Positions 59,901 to 64,000 of a DNA stretch of 64,000 nucleotides are shown here, piece by piece. Origin of the DNA: Azolla caroliniana (Eukaryota > Plantae > Polypodiophyta); NCBI GenBank assembly GCA_043228905.1, contig JBHGNT010000013.1, forward strand, positions 17,546,001 through 17,610,000. Reading direction: 5' to 3'. Both the position numbers and the translations under genes were made by a program. Under the pieces are notes generated by a model. The model was not told where the DNA came from, ran no database searches, and saw only the letters and a list, made by a program, of their open reading frames with translations. Each line of letters starts with the position of its first letter. Within the stretch, counting starts at the first letter, position 1.

Positions 59901-62900
59901 ACAAGTTTGTGAGGTTGGCTTAGATCATCCCATGCATAGCCAGCAACTTCACCAGGTCCAACTGATGTAACACAATCACCAACACCCTAGATAAAAATAC
60001 CAGCAAAATCTATGATTAGAAAATATATATATAGAGTATGAAAAGGCTGTAATATTCAGGAGTAGCAAAACCTTTTGAAAAAAGAATATTGATGTTCCTG
60101 GTAATACATTCTCTATGCGGTAAGGAACTGTAGATTCTGATTGCATACGGAAACGAATAACCAAGGATGGTCGTTCATCTTCAATATCCACAGACACAAA
60201 TTGAAACCTATCTGACTGCTGTACTGTAGAACGAGCTTTCAGAACCTTGAGACTCTCTGTACTCTTGCAAATTCTAACAGAGAACGAACCTAATGCATTT
60301 ACACATACAGGGCCTGACCAATCCAACCGATCCTCTTGCAGAGAGAACCGGACAGAAAAAATGGATGGATCTATCATGTCAGAACCAACATATGCTGAAT
60401 ATCCGGAGCTATTCGTAGGCTTCTGGCCTTTACTGAATCTCTTATTCAAAGCAAAACGATCTCCAGCTTCTAATAGAGTAGCAGCATTTTCATCTTCCTG
60501 CAGAGTAACCAAGGTCAAGCTCCTAGACATTCGAAAAACAAAATTCAAAGCAAATGTCACACCAACTAATTGCCATTAAAATGAAAAACAATTCAACACC
60601 AACCTGGAAACCATCCTGGCACACAGAAATAGGATTCTGAGAGTCATTTAGGACAATATATCTCGAGGTGATATGGATTGTACGAGTTGGGTACATTTCC
60701 CGGGCAGATGATAAGTCCAACGTCACGCCCAACAGGACTTGTTCTATTATCCCATTTTCATGTGGTACATCTATACTCAATTCAGTGGATCCTGAGAATG
60801 ATTCAGGATCCAAAATTGCAACTTCAGATAATCTGCCTACTATTCGTAGAAGCCAATTACATGACCTGTTTCAGAACATAGTTATCTATTTGAAGGGCCA
60901 AATTTTGGGATATGGCAGTTTTTAATACAACATAGAATGTAGATAACAAGATCACTTAAAATGTTAAGCTATCAGGTTCACACATCACATGAATAGTCTC
61001 AAACATGTCACTTAGCCATGACATGATGTAAGGATAAATTATCTTATTATATTCTATTTGCAAGTTTGGAACAATTTTTGAATGAAAGTGTTCTTCCTGA
61101 CTCCTAGCTATGAGATTGGTTACGATTGTTCACATAACTCTAATTGCATTATTATTTCCTAGTTCACCTCTGAGTTTCATTTTCTTAGAAATGGCAAACT
61201 TGAAGCTTCACATGAAGTAGAATAGGCTCATAAGAATCTCAAAAACACGAAACTCAAAAGATAGTAGATAGGCTAAACAGAATTATCGACTAAATAGATA
61301 GATTAAAAGCATGGAGTTAATTCAACAATGTAATATTGTGCAAAAGGAAAATTTAAATATTTTCTACAAAAGGGCAAAAACCCTCTTCATTTTCTGTCAT
61401 TCTTTGCCTATTTTACAATTCCCTAATAACTACTTTCAATGTCACTATATACTGCTATCCTTATCAACCCCTTGTCATGTACACAAACAAAGTGTCTCTG
61501 GCAAATTTTCACAGGCCAGATCTATAATACTATTACAAAGGCCTAATATTTCCAGAATGCAGGTGGCCACCTGAATGTCCACCTAAGAGAAATATTTTGC
61601 AGTTCAACGTGAAGTTTGCTACAGAAAAGTCTGATAATTTCGATCAATATCATGCACTTGTAGTTGTGTTAAGCATAGAACTAAATAAAATATCTAACTT
61701 TTTTCTTCTTATAGACAAGTTAAGATTCAAACCTTTTAAGTAGTGACACTGTCATACCAGGGTCAATCACACTCCCAGCTTCACTTTCAGGCCATTGTAT
61801 GCTCCTTTTTCTACTCCAGGGAGAAATGCTAGCCCTATTATAAATAGTGTTTTTGATGAAGAAGTCTAAAAATTTATATGCATACTATAATCCTGTAGAG
61901 AAACTATTAATACCATAATGATCTTGAGTTTCTTGTTGCACAATATATGAAGGCATTATTGCTTGCATTTCTCAAAGCATATTGTGTGTACACAAGCATC
62001 TGGAGGAAATAGCATGAAAAGATGTCATAAGGGTTCTAGTAGGTAATCAAGAAGATATACATCCATTATACTTAAAGTCAAATGTGCCATCTACACTAGT
62101 CTACATCTCCATTTGCAAACCAAGATATGTTTCCACTTCCATTATTACTACCTGTAGTACCCCATCATCTCCATGAAAAATCTTCAGCTTTGCATAATGA
62201 TAATTATCCTGAAAATTTATGTCCATTTCAACCTCCTTAAAACTATCAGTATGTATAGGATCGACGGATTTCACAGAGCTTCTCCAATCACCAATATTTA
62301 AATTACTGCTTTTGAGCATAAGATCCTGAATTTCCACAGAAAAGAAAGGCTCTGTAAGGTCAGCATACACAGATACATTCCCTCCACGTTCAATGTGCAC
62401 ACCATTTTCGGGTGCAGTTGCTGCATAGGCAATAACATATACAATCAAAACAAGAAACAGTAAGAAAGGCATGATTGAGATAAGTCATAAAATCCAGCAC
62501 TTACCTTCTGAAGCAGCACTTAGATTTACTGTAATATTTGACTCAAGAAGATTGTACACACGTATTGTCGGAAGAATCACTAGTTCTAGCTGTTCTTGGA
62601 GGGTTGCACCTGAGCCAGCTGCTTGGTATTTATCATTATCTTTCATAGATGTCAATGGAATAAGCCTCCGCGTGATCTGAACAAACAGATGCACTCCACG
62701 TAAACTTTTTTCATGACTCTCATCTATTCTTGTGCTACATAAAACTGTTCCAAAAGAATGCCGAGAAGTACGGCCTTTGATAGTTTTTGTCAGACCATAC
62801 TTAAGCTTCTCAAGGAAACCTGAAATACGGAATGGTTTCAGTCCCTTGATATCCTCTGACCACTCAAACATGGTTTGCTTGATGTCTTCATCAGCTGAAG

Positions 62901-62957
62901 TATGACAGAATCCAGGGACAGAGGACGACGCTGGGCGTATGGATAAAAGGTAATTCC
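47981..62957 (-). CDS. VPS13: VPS13-family lipid transfer protein, 3' part (multi-exon; 5' end beyond the window); C-terminus resembles the plant VPS13X type
   Basis: Exons include 62957-62503, about 62412-62151, 60866-60604, 60522-60072, 59986-59887, 52952-52608, and further exons to 48337-47981. Motifs: VILPTIRVYNLL, TRTIHITSRYIVLN, PYRIEN, YAWDD..PHKL, IYADGRQRVLRV, AYIDGRLCRHIPNTLARRVVSGFLLSF. Confidence 0.88.
49601..49975. repeat. Interrupted tandem duplication in a VPS13 intron
   Basis: GCGAGTATCAATG...CTGTCAATTGAAAATGGAACCATC...CAGTAATACTG.ATCGGCAATAGTCAAA and ACACTGATTATCTAC.ACAGTAATTACAAGTAAGCCTATCAA each occur twice. Confidence 0.8.
51195..51423. repeat. Tandem duplication of about 130 bp
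   Basis: GGGATATT.TTCCTTTC.GTCAACTTATTTAATATGACCTAGCT...GTACTTATCTT.AAGTCAGT occurs twice. Confidence 0.85.
53097..56292 (-). mobile_element. Head-to-tail array of four RTEX-like LINE (family 1) copies with (TTTC)n tails in a VPS13 intron
   Basis: Copies A 53097-53337, B 53338-55862, C 55863-about 56123, D about 56137-56292; each starts on the + strand with (GAAA)n-GATA(T/C)ATTAAC...GCCAAAATGGCCTAT. Confidence 0.9.
53619..55862 (-). CDS. LINE ORF2 derivative, 747 aa: APE endonuclease, linker and C-terminal CCHC-like domain, with RT missing
   Basis: GDFNART, STVDY and ADH endonuclease motifs; KAQDHDGLVGEH runs directly into the post-RT region; LRTSSHQLQIEVGRY..RICQLC..VESEEHYVCHC; no YADD-type motif. 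Confidence 0.85.
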   Translation of the reverse strand: MASKLPEVQGYKWESICRPQPRTRGSTRGSGGVTMLCKEELHGRVHVVHKDVDARYMWICIKRGDLRELYIAICYFPPAYSRFAPLGESPYLPLYDDIIRFATMGDIILLGDFNARTKDEQTTIFNIDEAVYGKVMAEEVGLKRKAQDMSAITEYGKHFLALGSAHGPVIYNGLSQWPGSDALTCWNPKGGASTVDYLMGSPSLIPEIKVFTISGRPIGLAADHAYLRFEVKDGCTKDVYAKERGLARYLFTRETIDVYSCGVYNGMLDLDPFAPLEELTQGLSKSLHKAATKAFPHTTANPPKLGRVIQNSSYDDECRDTKRCLQRDVTRGIYAHNQARATFQRLVRRKKRLYLAKFEDHLYRLFLVRESKRAWKMFNERQPTTQLTSPQMWHEYAKVLYDTPSQPPLPHPNASRPHESTFFTPQNVRNAIDRLQFGKAQDHDGLVGEHFILALMSSRQLAENGDTHCWYAEMQQWFKSHGMSINALPPFQYSLDCPHLNMTKVEKNRVIRTDIINLENKITWISPKIPLDTKMAHYKTHFLYTSEDGFVIRPPYMDIHLSYALRSVIGQLRTSSHQLQIEVGRYTRLPLEERICQLCHQGVESEEHYVCHCSVFYEIRGRYHCIFKQGFGPLRKVMEYEDQRCLGLFLLELKRHREKLLKNTATQAHPQRTITTFFSSITPNARSQPQDTEMGSKPGYNKGVTIDQAMAIFRARRPRPHGPRPRHPCHRQIKAIISSHRRCFPRF
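56593..57362. repeat. Diverged direct repeats of about 170 bp (56593-56768, 57196-57362), possibly an old LTR pair or TRIM
   Basis: TGGGCAGCCT.GTGTGAA...GTAAAAGCTATAAAA...AGAGATTAGCGATAGTG in both. Confidence 0.55.
57760..59045 (+). mobile_element. Degenerate LINE family-1-related copy, opposite orientation, retaining the endonuclease N-terminus and the start of RT
   Basis: LHMTTRNCNG, PNVQGYQWES, LLGNFNA, YNGLSQWP.SDALTCWNPK.GAST, then NYRIIMIG (58942) and EQAGF (about 59025). Confidence 0.85.
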
Positions 62958-63354
62958 CTGCAGGAAGCAAGACCCATGAACATTGTGAGTTCACACATCA
63001 GAATACTGAAGTACAAACTACTATGAGCTTATGCTTGAAGACTTCTCGTATTTGAGATAATGGGACTTCCAAAGTGCAGTCTCAATCTTGGAGGGCCAGA
63101 TAGTTGCTGACACGTCACAGACAACTGTACACAAAGAATAGCAGCGAATCTTACATCATATATCTGGATTCTAGAAGCATCCAGAAGCGTAGAAATTTAA
63201 CTTCTAGTTTTAGTACCCTAATGTAGACCTACTGTAACCCAAAACCTTAGTGTTTGCTTCCCAGAGGGTAAAATTCCTTAGCTCTTAATTTGTACTAGTT
63301 GGGATGAGCTATAAATGAGTATTGTGAAAAGCAAGTGAGAAATTCTTTGATATT

Positions 63355-63852
63355 CAGGTTCATAACAATCGGAGCGGTTTAGTTTGGTTCAAGAGTGTCA
63401 AACTCAAACCATTTAAAACTGAACCGTTTAAAAAAGTGAAACTTAAACTGAACCAAACCACGAAACTGTTAAAACTGAACCATTATAAAAAAATCAAGCC
63501 CAAACCAAATGGTTTTAGAGGTTTTCAAGTTTGGTCAAAATTCAAAATTAGACAATTTTTCTTAAAATATCAAAATTAGGCTTTAAAATGAAAAGCTTGT
63601 TCAAAAGAATATTCGAGAAAATAATCAACTGTCAACCCTAAACCATCAAACTGGTTAAACTGTTTAAACGACAATTTCAAACCGTTTAAATCGGAAATTG
63701 TTAAGCTGATAAAGGCTAAAATCGAACCAAACTGAACCAAACCGTTGACACCCCAAACCTGAACTGGAATCGAACTGAACCATTTAAACTGTTAAGCCAT
63801 GGTTCACAGCTCAGTTCGGTTCAAACCGAACCATTGCTGATTGCTAATTCAG
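63355..63852. mobile_element. Non-autonomous DNA-transposon-like (MITE/hAT-like) element rich in AAACCG/GAACC subrepeats
   Basis: Dense AACCG, AAACTG and GAACC motifs in both orientations; internal GTGTCAA...TTGACAC inverted pair; no clear TSD. Confidence 0.5.
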
Positions 63853-63920
63853 GAGTAGAAAGAAGACTCTAAAAGACCATATAGCCTAGTAGACTTCACC
63901 AAAATTGCAAAAGAATGAAC

Positions 63921-64000
63921 GAAAGATATATTAATATCTTTTACGGGGCCAAAATGGCCTATAAAACCAATCAAGAGATTACATCATAAGTGTTGTCTCA
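63921..64000 (-). mobile_element. 3' end of another LINE family-1 copy (continues beyond the window)
   Basis: GAAAGATATATTAATATCTTTTACGGGGCCAAAATGGCCTATAAAACCAATCAAGAGATTACATC matches the array tails. Confidence 0.85.

Overview
Eukaryotic nuclear DNA from a land plant. A fern is most likely, inferred from long intronless PLS-class PPR genes with elongated L motifs and TE-rich introns. Genes: two tandem PLS/E-class PPR genes, tRNA-Ile(AAT), clathrin light chain (3 exons), a DUF212 protein (2 exons), a secreted DUF538 protein, a 6-exon Methyltransf_16 protein methyltransferase with a probable GC-AG first intron, the 3' part of a VPS13-family gene, and an unassigned 218-aa ORF with one transmembrane segment. 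Mobile DNA: a near-intact Ty1/copia element (TSD GGAGC) nested in an older deleted copia, a copia remnant, MITE-like elements, tRNA-like SINE heads, and many pieces of RTEX-like non-LTR retrotransposons. Strongest leads: (i) a head-to-tail array of four same-orientation LINE copies, each joined at a (TTTC)n tail, inside a VPS13 intron; (ii) a LINE ORF whose reverse transcriptase was deleted in frame; (iii) a covarying 3'-terminal stem-loop shared by three LINE families; (iv) spliced upstream ORFs in the DUF538 and DUF212 leaders. Family assignments come from motif recognition by eye and no database searches were run. Repeat boundaries are approximate.
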